Shown here piece by piece: positions 24,401 through 36,529 of a stretch of DNA of 64,000 nucleotides. The DNA comes from Sphagnum compactum. Lineage: Eukaryota. Positions within the stretch are counted from its first letter, which is position 1; every line of letters begins with the position of its first letter. A program made the position numbers and the translations under genes. The stretch is taken from the NCBI GenBank assembly GCA_965153455.1, contig OZ234493.1, forward strand, positions 28,510,213-28,574,212, in the 5' to 3' direction. The notes below the pieces were generated by a model. The model searched no databases and was not told the DNA's origin. It saw only the letters and a list, made by a program, of their open reading frames with translations.

Positions 24401-26337
24401 TGGATATTTTGGAGTCGTACAAGAAACTCAAGAATTCTTCAAAGAGCGGTGATACAAGAATCAGCCCCATTGACAGAACAGATAAAATGCACATAAAGAG
24501 GATATTCTCTACAACAGGGAGATGTTGTGGTACATCAATGGCCTCATGCAGGTCAGGTTGTCCTTTGGTGATATTCTGTCCAAGTTTCTGGTATCCTCTG
24601 CCATTATTAACCCCACACAAGTGCATGATATGTGTTAGACAAGTATGACAAGACTGCTCTCATCAGACCAATTCCTCCTACGCTTGGCACACCTCCTTTT
24701 TCAACATGTGTTCCTAGTAATGAACTAAATCAGAGATGGACCATACTTGCTCTATTGCTATGGGACCTCCTATGCAGACAAAGAATTTGCAAAAAAATTC
24801 AGAGCCAAGATTCAAGAGCCTCTCACAAAATTATCAAACAGTCTCTGACAACCTGAATCCTGTATCACTGCTCATAGCAATTTGGAGCTTATCTTCTTCA
24901 GGTAGAGCAAAGAATTTGTAGCCCACATCCAGCACCTGTTCTAGCAGATGAGGGGAAACCCCATGTCCTTTCTACAGTCAGAAAGTTGCAAATTAGTCAA
25001 GCCTCTGAAGACTTCCATTCCTTTAGGTCTCTGACTGTGTAAAGGTAAAATGTATGGAGATCCCTGGGACTGAATACAGTCATACTCCTGGATACAGGTG
25101 GATTGAAGCTGCTGTGAAAATGACCTCGTCTCAGTATGTGGTGCATGTATGGGAAGAAAACCCTAAAAGTCATTGAGATTCCAGTCTTAAGAGAGAGTAC
25201 TTGAACCTGTTCTTAACAGCAAACATGGCTGTGCATGCTACCCTAAAGTTTGAGGTCTAACCAAAGTCACAGTGCACATAGTGAGACAATGTGCCTGAGA
25301 TGTTTTGACAATTTTCAAATGAGGGGTTACACCACAAGGACCCAAAGTGCTTAGAGAAACCTCATTCATAAGACAACAGACCTTGAGATGTTTAGGCAGC
25401 CTTTCACAATTCAAGCACAATAATGAACACCATTCAAAAGCCCAAAAAAAAGAACAAATCCAAGCAGTCTGGGGAGGAGGACACCAACCACATAGAAGAA
25501 GCCAATTTCACGGCAAGCCTCATCAAGTTGTCGAACCACATTCATCACTTGTGGATCTTCTGCCATGTGAGGATCTGCCTTCTGCTGAACAAGAGGCCCT
25601 ATATCTGCTTAGGTACATACATCCATTTCCCATCATCAGTGTTGATAAACAGGTGCTCCCTTTTATCCTTACATGGCCTCTGAGCTAGTTCTTGAATCTA
25701 GAGATTCTGTACTGGTCTCCATGAACTTTCTAAGATGCAAGAACTCATTTCACCATCATGCAGTTGCCCTGATTGCAGTCATTAAGTACAGATTCTGGAG
25801 CTAGGTCACAGGAATGGAGCAATCTTTGACGCAAAATTGTTGCCTCTTGATTATTTCTGATGTGTGCTCCAACTTTCGAAGAGCATGAGTCAGAAAAACT
25901 AAGAGTAAATCAGCTTGTGACAAAACTCAACCTAGAGAAGACACAGACTGTGTCTTCTTACAAAGGAAGACGACGACGACGACGACGACAATGATGATGA
26001 TGATCACAACAAGAGAATGCAGCGCTTCTTCTTGTTCTATCCATTCATAAATGCTGAATTTGGTTCAAATCCACAAAAGCTTGATCATGATTTTCCAAAA
26101 GTGTTGGAAAAAAGGCGATTGTCTGTCTATTTGTCGCGCCCCCCTCCCCCAACTTGCATAGGTTTTCTGCTTTAGAAAACACAAGAGGTAAAGTCGGGGT
26201 CGATGCACCTCTTCCTCCTCCTCCTCCTCCTCCTCCTCCACTACTACTACTACTACTACAAGAGACACAAAAGCAACACACAAAAGCAGTGATGGAAAGA
26301 AGACGGACAAACCTATAACAGGAATTGAGTCGGCCAT
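21468..26337 (-). CDS. 2-oxoglutarate/Fe(II) dioxygenase, DIN11/At3g50210 (2-ODD-C23, homoarginine-6-hydroxylase-like) family, 12 exons, about 322 aa
   Basis: Exons 26337-26313, 25604-25489, 24971-24853, 24597-24534, 24296-24226, 24061-24003, 23340-23193, 22814-22795, 22507-22461, 22313-22233, 21888-21799, 21596-21468 sum to 969 nt. Motifs IPVIDI, LDEACREIGFFYVKGHG, GYQKLGQNITKGQPDLHEAID, AGDPFWILRVIGYP, CGDHTDYGLLTLVNQD, NIGDMLKIWTNG.YQSTLHRV, YRVSVPFFYE, YGDHVIGKVLTNF. Confidence 0.93.
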
Positions 26338-26611
26338 CTTCGAAGTGCCAAAACACTGCGCACAATGACGTTGAGAGCTTGCAGGGGTCGCATCAGATGA
26401 TCTTCACGCTCTTAGTAGTTAGTGCCCCCCATTGCAAAGTGAAAACAACAACACCACAAGTAATGTACCAAAACCCGAATTATGGAAACTCAAATATTTC
26501 ACCATGTAACCATATAATCTTCAAAAAATCCTCTCAAAGAATCCAAAATCCTTCAACATATTATATAACTCTCTAACAAATCTCAAGCTTCAACACAAGG
26601 CAAAATAGAAA

Positions 26612-27330
26612 TTTCATGCAGCCAGCCAATGGGGAAGGCTCAGCATGCACTCAAAGTGCCTTGATTTTTTTTTCTTTTGAGTTTTAGGTTTGGGAGGAGG
26701 GAGGTTTTTTTGCTTTTTTTTTTCCCTTTGTTCCAAACATGTTCCCTTCAAGTTCCCAACGAGTTCCCGTCATGTTCCCAATGTGTTCCCCAATGGTGTT
26801 CCCAATAGCACCTCGCTTTAATCCCAAAGTCCTCCCCTTCTCAGCTATATAGGTGGGCCAAAGGGGGGAGGCACTCCATCTTTCCATAGAATCTTTAATT
26901 TTTGTGATGGTCCAATCAAATTGGCTCATTTCACAAAAAGAAAAAGTTGGACTTGTGAGACACCCCCAATTAATTAATATGGAACATAATAAGTACCCCC
27001 AGAATAGGGTGTTCTTTGCAGAATAGGGTATTAGCCCAGGCCAAAAATGGTTCTAACTCTTTTTGGGAACAGAAACTCCATGCAGCCAATGTGAAGACCC
27101 AAGGGCATGCAAGCACTCAAGGTGCCTTGCTTTTTTTTCTTTAAGTTTGGTTTATTTTCATTTTCCCCTGGGTTCCCAATGTGTTCCCACTATGTTCCCT
27201 TCAAGTTCCTAATATGTCCCCAACATGTTCTCCATAGCACCTCAGTTTTATCCCATATGCTTTGGCAAATGTTGTCCTCCTTTCACATATATAATTGGGC
27301 CAAAGGGGGGGAACTCTATACTTATTTGAA
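26612..27330 (+). repeat. Two tandem degenerate copies of a dispersed repeat upstream of the dioxygenase
   Basis: catgcagcca..caatg.g.a.g..c..catgca..cactcaa.gtgccttg and ccaa(t)atgttccc / catagcacctc / gggccaaaggggg blocks recur at ~26615 and ~27079. Confidence 0.6.
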
Positions 27331-28778
27331 AAATCTCATTGGCCACCAAAACAAATATTTGTACCTACGGACAAGCCTGTGATACTACTACAACATTTGA
27401 GTGTCAATTTACGCACCTGAACTCAAAACAATTCAAAGCTCCTATTCTAACAATCCAATTGGCCATACAAGCTTTTTTTTTTCATCCCTAGGTACATAGA
27501 CCCCTTATATTTGCATTTTTTTTGCAACACTAATCCTATAGTTGTTTGGTTAACAACATCAACAATGAGACAAAAAAATTTCACAAATTTAGAGTTATTT
27601 ACACTTTTTGAAGATATAATAGGGAAAATGGTGTATCATCAACATAAAAAGCTTTGGATGTTTTCAACCATATGTGTGTAACAAACAAAGATTATAACAT
27701 TAGTGTAAAAATATATCCCCAAATATAATATGAAAAGGTATGTGGAATAGGATGGCATCTATGGGGGTGTAAAAGAAAGCTATAGAACCAATGAGATTGT
27801 TAGAATGGGAGCCTTGAGTTGTTTTGAGGATGTAACTTCAATACACTTCCAATTAAACCTTGTAATAGCCTCATAGGCTTGTACCTAGGTGCAAAGAAGA
27901 AAAAATGTGGTCGATAAGATTGTTCAAGTGAGGGCTTTCAATTCTTTTGAAGTTGTCTCCATGAACTAGTACTTACATGTTGCATGCAAAATACATGCAA
28001 TTTGCAAGTAACATTCAACAAAAAAATTTTGGAGCTTTTGACACATTATTTTCAAATTTTACTTGAGGTGCACAAACTAACAATTTTGTATCCAATTTCA
28101 ACCTTGCAATCTCCTCTTTATACTGAAAAAAGAATTTTGAATATTATATAGACTAAGGGTTATATCATTAGTGTACAAGATATACCTTCATATCCAAGGG
28201 AAAATATTATTCTTTGAAATCAAAAAATTACATGAATAAAAGTATAAAAATCCCACATATTGGTTGTTGGGATTATAATTTAATTAATTTTATAATAAGA
28301 TCTCATTTCTTGTCAAAATCAAATTATAACTTACATAAAATAAACACAAACCTAAGTATTCAAAACAATTAATAACAACTTATGTACAATAAACTTTGTG
28401 AAGTTATTGTTGTCCGAGTAGATGTTATTAGGTGGGAGAGATGTGACATTTTTCATTTACACCCTTTAATGAGACATTCTTTAAGGAGAAAATGAAAAGA
28501 TAGCACAAAAAGAACATTTCAATCAAAATTATATATTCAAAATGAATATATTCTATCAAAATTCAATGCAAATACAAAATTTAAATAAAATTTAAAATAA
28601 ATAAAAGATGTGAACATTTTAAAATTAGATAATAATAAGGTGAGGAATTTGTATCCTCCCTCACATACCCTCCGAAACAATATCCATTTTAATTCACAGT
28701 GTCAAAAACATTTAACATAAAAAGCTCTCCCATGGAGAAATATACAAGATATGTGAAATTGGCTAAAGCTTGTGCTTA

Positions 28779-29148
28779 GAGCATCTCCAGCTGTGCTCAG
28801 TATGTGATCCTGCACAGTACAATTGGAGGAAGAAAGTCAAAATGTGTCCATTTGGCTTAGGAAAACGGATTGAGCTCAGCATAATTACACAGTTTGGTGA
28901 AGGGCGCATCAACACTATCCACCTGCAGAAAAGAGTGTAATAGATGTGATATGATTGCTGCTCAGTGTTTTTTATTAGCTCATCCTAATAAAATGATTGG
29001 TCCAGGTGGTTTGCTATTAGTAGTCCCCCTACCTGTTTGCTGTCCCAATTTCAGTTTTATGGGTGGGGTTGCAGAAAAGTAAATAACTTGACTTGGATGT
29101 GAAAAATATTTTTGCAGGTTCACATTCTGAGTACCGCTGAAGATGCTC
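28779..29148 (+). mobile_element. Tourist/PIF-Harbinger MITE, copy 1
   Basis: TIRs GAGCATCTCCAGC...GCTGAAGATGCTC with exact TTA target-site duplication (28776-28778, 29149-29151). Confidence 0.85.
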
Positions 29149-29854
29149 TTAAGGCCAGAAACAAGGCCAGCATGGCCAATGAGATTATTAGAATGGGAGC
29201 CTTTACTTGTTTTAAAGAGTTCACTGCAGTAAACCTGCCATTGAAATGTTGTCAAACAACATTCCAACACATTAGGTACTTGTGCTCTTTGGTAATCTTA
29301 CCTACATACAAACAAACAGAGGTTATATTGTTATTATGGAAAGCCTTGAATCAATATGAGTTGATTGCAGTAAACTAGCACTAAATGTTGCAGAGCACAT
29401 CAAGCAGCAAATAATACATGAGACTTGACTCACAGTGCAGCAATTGCAGTAAAATGCAGAGAACAAAAAAAAAAGAGATAGTATGTACTTTCAAAGACAA
29501 ACAGATCAAGCCAAGTATGAATCAATTCAATGGCAAGTGTAGGCCTAATTAGGGGCCCAGCATTTGCCAAAGCCACGGAGTGTCTTGAGGATAGCTGCCC
29601 CCAACACCAGTGTACAATGGGAATTCCTTGAAGCAATTCAAAGATCTCTGTTCATATCAAGCAAGCATATTACATGATAAGAAATTTCACCAAGGACTTT
29701 GAGACATCTTGCAAAGAGACAACTGCATGCTTTCTATTCAACAAACTACCATGTCCAACAGCAAATCAAGTTCTTCTTGGATGAGACCATATGTTGGCAT
29801 CATATCCTCAAACCCCTCCTAAAATCAGCGGAGTTGAAACCTAGTAGACAAGCT

Positions 29855-31036
29855 CTATGCAGCACTTTTCTCCCACTTCAAGGGTTTCACAACTTCCCAG
29901 GTGAAGTCAGGGTCATCTCGGCCGAAATGGCCATAGGCAGCAGTCTTCTGGAACCTCTTGTTGCCACCACGCTTGAGATCCAGATTGATGGACATCATAC
30001 CAGGCCTGAAGTCAAAATTCTCCTTGATGATCTTCAGAATTTCGGCATCAGGGATCTTCCCAGTGCCATATGTATCAACGAAAACAGACAGGGGCTCTGG
30101 CACACCAATGGCATATGAGACTTGTACAATGCAGCGGCGTGCAAGCCCAGCAGCCACAATGCTCTTGGCGGCTTGCCTGACAATGTAGGCACCACTACGA
30201 TCAACCTTGGTAGGGTCCTTACCAGAGAAAGCACCACCACCATGGGCACCCCATCCTCCGTATGTGTCAATGATAATCTTCCTCCCTGTCAAGCCAGCAT
30301 CTCCATGAGGGCCACCGATCACGAACCTCCCTGATGGGTTCAAGTGAAAGATGGTATTCTCATCGAGATACTTCTCGGGGATCACTGGCTTGATGACATG
30401 CTCTCGCAGATCAGCAGCAATCTCATCATTGGTAACTGTCTCATCATGCTGAGTGGATATCAAGACGGTGTGTACTCTCAGTGGCACCATGGCACCACCA
30501 TCATTCTTGTATTCTATAGTCACTTGGGTTTTTCCATCAGGTCTCAACCAGCCACAAGTCCCATTCTTCCTCACCTCTGTCAGCTTAGCTCCGAGTTTCG
30601 TGGCCAAGACGTGAGTCAATGGCATCAACTCCTCAGTTTCGTCTGTGGCATAGCCGAACATGTGACCCTGGTCACCAGCACCAATGTCCTCAGGTCTCTT
30701 GGTGAGATGGCCATGGACGCCCTGTGCAATGTCGGGGCTCTGAGCCTCGATGTTCATCAGCACCTTGCATTTGTCAGCATCCAGACCCACAGCGTCTGAG
30801 GTGAATCCGATCTCCCGGCAAGTATCCCTCACGATTTTCTCGTAGTCGACTTCGGCCTTGGTGGTGATCTCTCCGAATACCATCACCATGTTGGTCTTGG
30901 TGCAAGTCTCACACGCCACCTTGCTGTCCGGGTCCTGCTCAAGACACGCATCTAGCACTGCGTCTGAGACTTGATCGCAAAGCTTGTCTGGGTGTCCCTC
31001 GTTCACAGATTCGGACGTGAACAGAAAAGTCTCCAT
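29855..31036 (-). CDS. MAT: S-adenosylmethionine synthetase (methionine adenosyltransferase), 393 aa, intronless CDS with a 5'UTR intron (31355-31039)
   Basis: [60 protein letters not shown]; an AG acceptor 2 nt before ATG 31036 and a CAG|GTATAT donor at 31355. Confidence 0.98.
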   Translation of the reverse strand: METFLFTSESVNEGHPDKLCDQVSDAVLDACLEQDPDSKVACETCTKTNMVMVFGEITTKAEVDYEKIVRDTCREIGFTSDAVGLDADKCKVLMNIEAQSPDIAQGVHGHLTKRPEDIGAGDQGHMFGYATDETEELMPLTHVLATKLGAKLTEVRKNGTCGWLRPDGKTQVTIEYKNDGGAMVPLRVHTVLISTQHDETVTNDEIAADLREHVIKPVIPEKYLDENTIFHLNPSGRFVIGGPHGDAGLTGRKIIIDTYGGWGAHGGGAFSGKDPTKVDRSGAYIVRQAAKSIVAAGLARRCIVQVSYAIGVPEPLSVFVDTYGTGKIPDAEILKIIKENFDFRPGMMSINLDLKRGGNKRFQKTAAYGHFGRDDPDFTWEVVKPLKWEKSAA

Positions 31037-31960
31037 CCCTACATCCCGAATCACAAAACCCACAGCAGAAAAAAAGCTCAGTACAAAACTAGACCAAAAA
31101 AAACCCCATTCACTTTGAGTGGAGACAAATCCGAGCTAAATAAAACTCCAAAACCTCAACCTCCATATTACTCAAACATGTACAGCGACAAGGTTACAGC
31201 CACAACAGAACGTTCTGTTGACGGAGAAACAGAAGAACCAGAAGCAGGTAGGAAGTGAAACAGTGAACCCAATCTAAAAGAAAAAGAAGTTAGAGAAGAA
31301 GAAGAAGAACCAGAAGAAGAAACACGGAAGAAGGAATATACTATACACCATATACCTGGCGAGAACTTCGTAAGCTTCTCCTTGGAAATGCGACAAGAAA
31401 GAGAGACCAGCCAAGGAAGTCGGACTGCGAAGGAAGAGAGGAGACTCTGCCGGGGAAAGCTCGCGACGCTCTGTTCTTGTACACGAGCAGAAGAGAGGAG
31501 CTTTTCTCGCACAGTAGCGGCAACGTCCAGAGGTGCGAGACGAAATCTGAACCGTCCCCTCAATTCGACGGTGAGGATTAGATCAGGCTTGTCTATATGA
31601 TGACCGTAGTCCTGCGCCCTCACCCCACCCTCACGAGTCACAACTGTAACAATGTAACCGGCAATAGCCGGTGACTCAGCTGCAACTTCCCCGAAGTAAG
31701 ACGTTATTACAACCAATCATATATTTTGTTGCGAAATTATAAAAGTAAAAATGGCATATTTTGCCGTTTAGTGCTTGCTTTTTTGGGAAAACAATATTGC
31801 CAAATTTTCGGAAATTATTGAAAACTTTTCGCCACATTTTCATTCAGATTATACAGAGGGGAGGGCAATTTTTTTTTACCAGTGTGTAAATAGGGTATGT
31901 TGGTGGAATTACCATAAATGATTGCTTCTGGTTTTACTACCCCAAGCCTTTTTGGTGTAA

Positions 31961-32348
31961 TAGCATCTCCAGCGGTGCTCAGTATGTATGTGATACTGCA
32001 CATTAAAATTGGATGAAGAAAAGTCAAAACATCCCATTTTGGCTTAGGGAAAATGGTTTTGGCTTCAGCATAATTTCACAGTTTGCGGTGGCTGGTGAAA
32101 GGCACAGTAACGCTGTGCACCTGCATAAACGAGTGTAATAGATATGATCTGACTTTTGGATCAGTGTTTCTAATTGGCCCATCATAATGATTGGTCCAGG
32201 TGGTTTGCTATTAGTAGTTGTTCCTCACCTATTTGCTGTCCTAATTTCAGTTTCATACATGGGGTTGAAAGAAAGTAAATAACTAAACTTGGATGTGAAA
32301 AATATTTTTGCAGGGTCACATACATACACTGCACCACTGGAGATGCTT
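31961..32348 (+). mobile_element. Tourist/PIF-Harbinger MITE, copy 2 (same family as 28779-29148)
   Basis: Ends tAGCATCTCCAGCGGTG...CACCACTGGAGATGCTt; internal sequence (gattggtccaggtggtttgctattagtagt, cttggatgtgaaaaatatttttgcagg) shared with copy 1; flanks TAA/GAA. Confidence 0.8.
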
Positions 32349-32667
32349 GAAGGGATTGTAAGAGTGGTGACCTCACTTCCACATTTTCACCTGCATTGTC
32401 TTTAGAAGAAGAAAATATAACCCAAGCTTCTACTTGTATACTTTGAAGCCAAAACAAGTCACAAGGTATCTACTTGCATAATCTTCAACGGTGGAAGAAA
32501 ATGTAACCCAAGCTCTTGATGCAATTTCAAGCCCAAACAAGCCACATGTAAAGATCTACATGTTAAAATCCCAATATCCTTTCAACTTGCTTCTAAGCAT
32601 TGTAAATATCCCATGCTTAGACTAAATCAAAGGTCTACAAGCTGAAATCCAACATTTTGTGGGCTTA

Positions 32668-32999
32668 GGGCAACTTTAGACGAGGCTCCAAGCTCCAGGG
32701 ACCAATGAATTCAAGCAATCTTATTGGTCAAAAGCTTTAAATTGGTCCCAAGGCCTTTAGACGAGGGTCCAAGACCAAAAAGTGGCCAATTGAGGCTAAA
32801 CCTACATGGCACCTGTTTTGAAGGGAAAATCAATTGGTTCAGGCCAAAAAACAGTGCTAAAAGGAGAGCTCCAGATTTGGAAAACCAAGAATCGAGCTGA
32901 GGACCGCACTACAGTCCAACTCAAGGATTCAATTTGCTTCAAATCAGTCCAAATTGGTTCCTAGGAAATTGGACTCTGGACCCTCGTCTAAAGTGGGCC
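32668..32999. mobile_element. Harbinger-type MITE
   Basis: TIRs gggcaactttagacgaggctcca...tggaccctcgtctaaagtgggcc; preceded by TTA; internal third copy of ctttagacgagggtccaag at ~32755. Confidence 0.7.
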
Positions 33000-33156
33000 T
33001 TCATATGGCCACAACTGGACTGCACTCAAAACATAAAATCATTATTTGATGCTCCAGAGGTGAAATGATTTCTGTATATCTACAACCACAATGGGACATT
33101 TCTATATTGAAGGATCAGATTCAAGAGGACAAGAGATCGGATTGGAAAGAATATGA

Positions 33157-33369
33157 AGGTGCATTCACACCTAATGTTAAGTCAGTGTTAAGTGAAAATC
33201 TAGGTGGCATCTTAGGTGGTACCCGATGTTAAATGGGTGATTGTTTAATATTAAGTGAATGTTAACTTAACATAAAATCTTTGTGATAAATAGGTTTAGT
33301 TCCTAAATGATTAGCTTGGTGTGAGGGGACTTAATACTAGAGTCCTTAACACCAAGTGTGAATGCACCT
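33157..33369. mobile_element. Harbinger-type MITE, 213 bp
   Basis: TIRs aggtgcattcacacctaatgttaag...cttaacaccaagtgtgaatgcacct; flanks TGA/TTA. Confidence 0.75.
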
Positions 33370-34840
33370 TTAAGCCTTTTAAATGCAATTCTCCTCCAAT
33401 TTTATCCAGTTATACTTTGAAGGTTTTATGAGATGACTACTAGCTTTGTTTTTTTTTCTCTGCAGATTTTGTAGGTTTTTTTTATTAAAAAATTTAGGAA
33501 ATTCTTGGATGTTTTTCTAGTGTAAATTCTCTTAATTTAACCCAAAATTTTTGGAAAAAGTGACCCAAATATGATGCTGCAAAATTGGAAAAAGAAAAAG
33601 CCGTATTTGCCTATGTGTCCATGTTAAACCATGGATACATAATGTGTTCCAACCTGAGGTTAAACATGTGTTTCATATCATACTTCTTTATTGATCTTTT
33701 GTAACTGCGGGTTACTTATTCAAGCTTCTATTAATTAGTGAATGGATGCACCCACAATGGAGAAAATACTCTCTCTCTCTCCCCATCCCCCCCCCCCCCT
33801 CTCACCTTCCAAAACCCAAAAGAAAAAACTATGAACCCCTCGCCTCAGTAGCTGAAAGAATTTTCTATTTTCAAAATTGATAGTCACCATTTTCAACCTC
33901 AACTAATAACCTCATTATAACTTGAGGGTACTTATTTATTCAAATTGTTCATAGTAGTCACCATTTAAGAAAGATTCACAACAAGGCCATGTTAGATTTA
34001 AAATATCCCACCCAACTCCAAAAGTGATCATCAATTCAATTGCTCTAAGAATTTGCACCATTTAATCATGTGCTTGAAATGGCCACGACAATTGCAACAT
34101 GGAAATCTTTAATGGCCATCGAGCACTAAAATATGAATACAAGCATTTTATGACTCAAAGTGCCAATGAACGTGTCACACATTTGAACTATGTATGTGGT
34201 TGAGAGCTTTCACAAGCCAAACACAATGTAGCATGGAAAACGTCAATGTATCACTTTTTGTTTTTGGAAACCTTGACTCAAAGATTTTCTTATCTTGTGA
34301 CATCTCATTTTTGAACCCTACTCATACACTCACCAAAACACAATAGACATTGCCAAGTAGAAGAATCTTGGAAAAGATAAAGTTGAACTACAAGGCTAAT
34401 GAAAAGACAAAAAAAAAAAAAGTGGTGATGGATAAACTATGTTCAAGATAGGGTAGTGAATGGCACCTAAAGTAATTGCAAGAGGGTTGTTAAGGGTTGT
34501 TGAAAACTTAGAAAGCTAGCTAGGCTAATAGAAAGGTGGAAGGCCAATAACTAATGGCATGATGTTTTAAGGACTTCCATTCAATTCATTTGTCTCGTAC
34601 AAGCTTACCATTAGCCAAATTGGTTTTTCACATGTGCGATGACTTTTAGGAAGGTTTCTTGGCTTTGTCATTAGAATCTTGGATTGGTATCACCTTTTGT
34701 GTGGGATATTCGTCGCTTATCTATTGTAATTAGTTGATAATTTGGTGTGCTATATTTTTTATTACTAAAAACCAATGGCTTACATCAAAGGCTTTTAATT
34801 TTAAAATAATATCATCAAATCTATGTGGGGAAAAAAACTA

Positions 34841-35140
34841 CCTTTTGAAAATGTCCAAAATGGGTTGTACATATGTTGTCACAATGTGCACCATGTTTTC
34901 TTCTAGATTGTGAAGCCCGAAAAATTTTGGTTCCCAACCTCCCATTATCTTTTGAAAATGTCTAAAATGGGTTGCACATATGTTGTCAAAATTTGTGCCA
35001 TTTTTTCTTGTAGATTGTGAATCTTGAAAATTTTTGGTTCTCAACCATCCCATCACCTTTTCAAAATATCCAAATTTGGTTGCACATATGTTGTCAAAAT
35101 GTGTGCCATGTTTTCTTGTAGATTATTAAGCCCAAAAAAT
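34841..35140 (+). repeat. Tandem repeat, about 107-bp unit, about 2.8 copies
   Basis: cttttgaaaatgtc.aaaatgggttg.acatatgttgtca.aat.tg..ccat.ttttcttgtagatt recurs at ~34841, ~34949, ~35056. Confidence 0.8.
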
Positions 35141-35349
35141 GGAAAAAGATTGGAGACATGGATTATAATGATAATGGAATAATACCATGGCATTAAGATG
35201 GTATAATGGTTTTCAACAATACCATTATACCTTGGTAAGTTCAACATTAATTAAGAAACACTATTTATAAAAATGTTGAAATTTCAAAGAAAAAAAACTT
35301 GTTTTGTGAAAAGAATAGAATGTCTCGTATGGAATAAATGGAAATATTT

Positions 35350-36495
35350 TATTATCAACATGAAGGAATACAATTCATTAAGTAAGTAGTTGTATATATT
35401 ACCTCTATCAACAAAAGGAAGGGTAGTTGAACTTTTGCAGCCATATTCCTTCTATGTTTAAGATCATGTAGTTCTTTCATTCAGCCATTATGTTTTGGTG
35501 AGGCATGTTCGTTATTGTAAATTTTTTTTGAATGCTTTCATTTTGACAAAAAATATTGAAAGCCAAAGATAGAAACTCCCCACCATGATCGATATGAAGT
35601 ACGTTGGTCACCAAGTTTGTTTCATTCTTTATTTGATTTTTCGGTATCTTGAACTTATCAAATGTGGATGTTTTATTTAATAGAAAAAAATCCATGTTTT
35701 TCAAGAGCAATCATGTATAGAAGTTAAGAAATATTTGGACCCTCCTAAAGATGAATGCTTGAACATTCGACAAAGATCTACATGCATCAATTTTGTTCTT
35801 ATGTTTGTTCAAGGCTTTTGTAGCAACAAGTTTTTGCAGCTTGATCATTATCACCAATTGCATATTCTTCATCTTCATCAACCACCTCTACTATTATTGT
35901 GTTACTTGCAACATTAATTTCATTGTTAGTAGCTTTGACCACATCCCAAACTTCTTCTTTCAACAATATTATCTTTATCTTGCCTTCCAAACCATGTAAT
36001 TTGATGGTCCTTGTAATTTGTTAAAACAATCCATTGAAATCATGTTATGCTCTTGAGCCATAAATTTGTTATCATGATAATAACTTGTGAATCACAAATA
36101 TGAAATAAAAATAATAATAACATGATTAAATTGAAAAATTAATAATTATATATGTATTTGAACTATTCACTCAAGGACTTAGATTGCACAATTCAGATTT
36201 GAAAAAAAACATTTTTAACATGTGTTATGATACCATGAAGGAAAGATGTAGAATCTCGTTTATCTACAAGAAAACATGTTGATTACAATGAGCTTGGTTC
36301 TCAATATATAAATTAAATTTTTAAAAAAACCAGCGTAAATAATATATGTTCACTACAAGTTTCATTTTTAATTTTATCGTAACTTACTACTAGAAATCCA
36401 CCATCACCACCATTATTCAAACTTCTCTACTCTTTTAGAATGTTTTGTATTTCGTGTCAGGTTTGATAGATGTGTACATGTGACTAATATTAACA
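35350..36495 (-). mobile_element. Degenerate Ty1/Copia 5' half: 5'LTR (36495-36236), PBS TGGTATCA, gag remnant, integrase core remnant
   Basis: LTR begins TGTTAATATTAGTCACATG and ends CA immediately before TGGTATCA (tRNA-iMet PBS); gag-like LQGPSNYMVWK..KIILLKEEVWDVV; integrase HIDHGGEFLS...PHQNIMAE. Confidence 0.8.
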
Positions 36496-36529
36496 TGCAA
36501 ACTAGTGATTAATATTAACATATATATAT

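Noticed and set aside
29699-30799. Long plus-strand ORFs antisense to SAM synthetase
   Set aside because: Expected shadow ORFs opposite a codon-biased CDS; no independent evidence.
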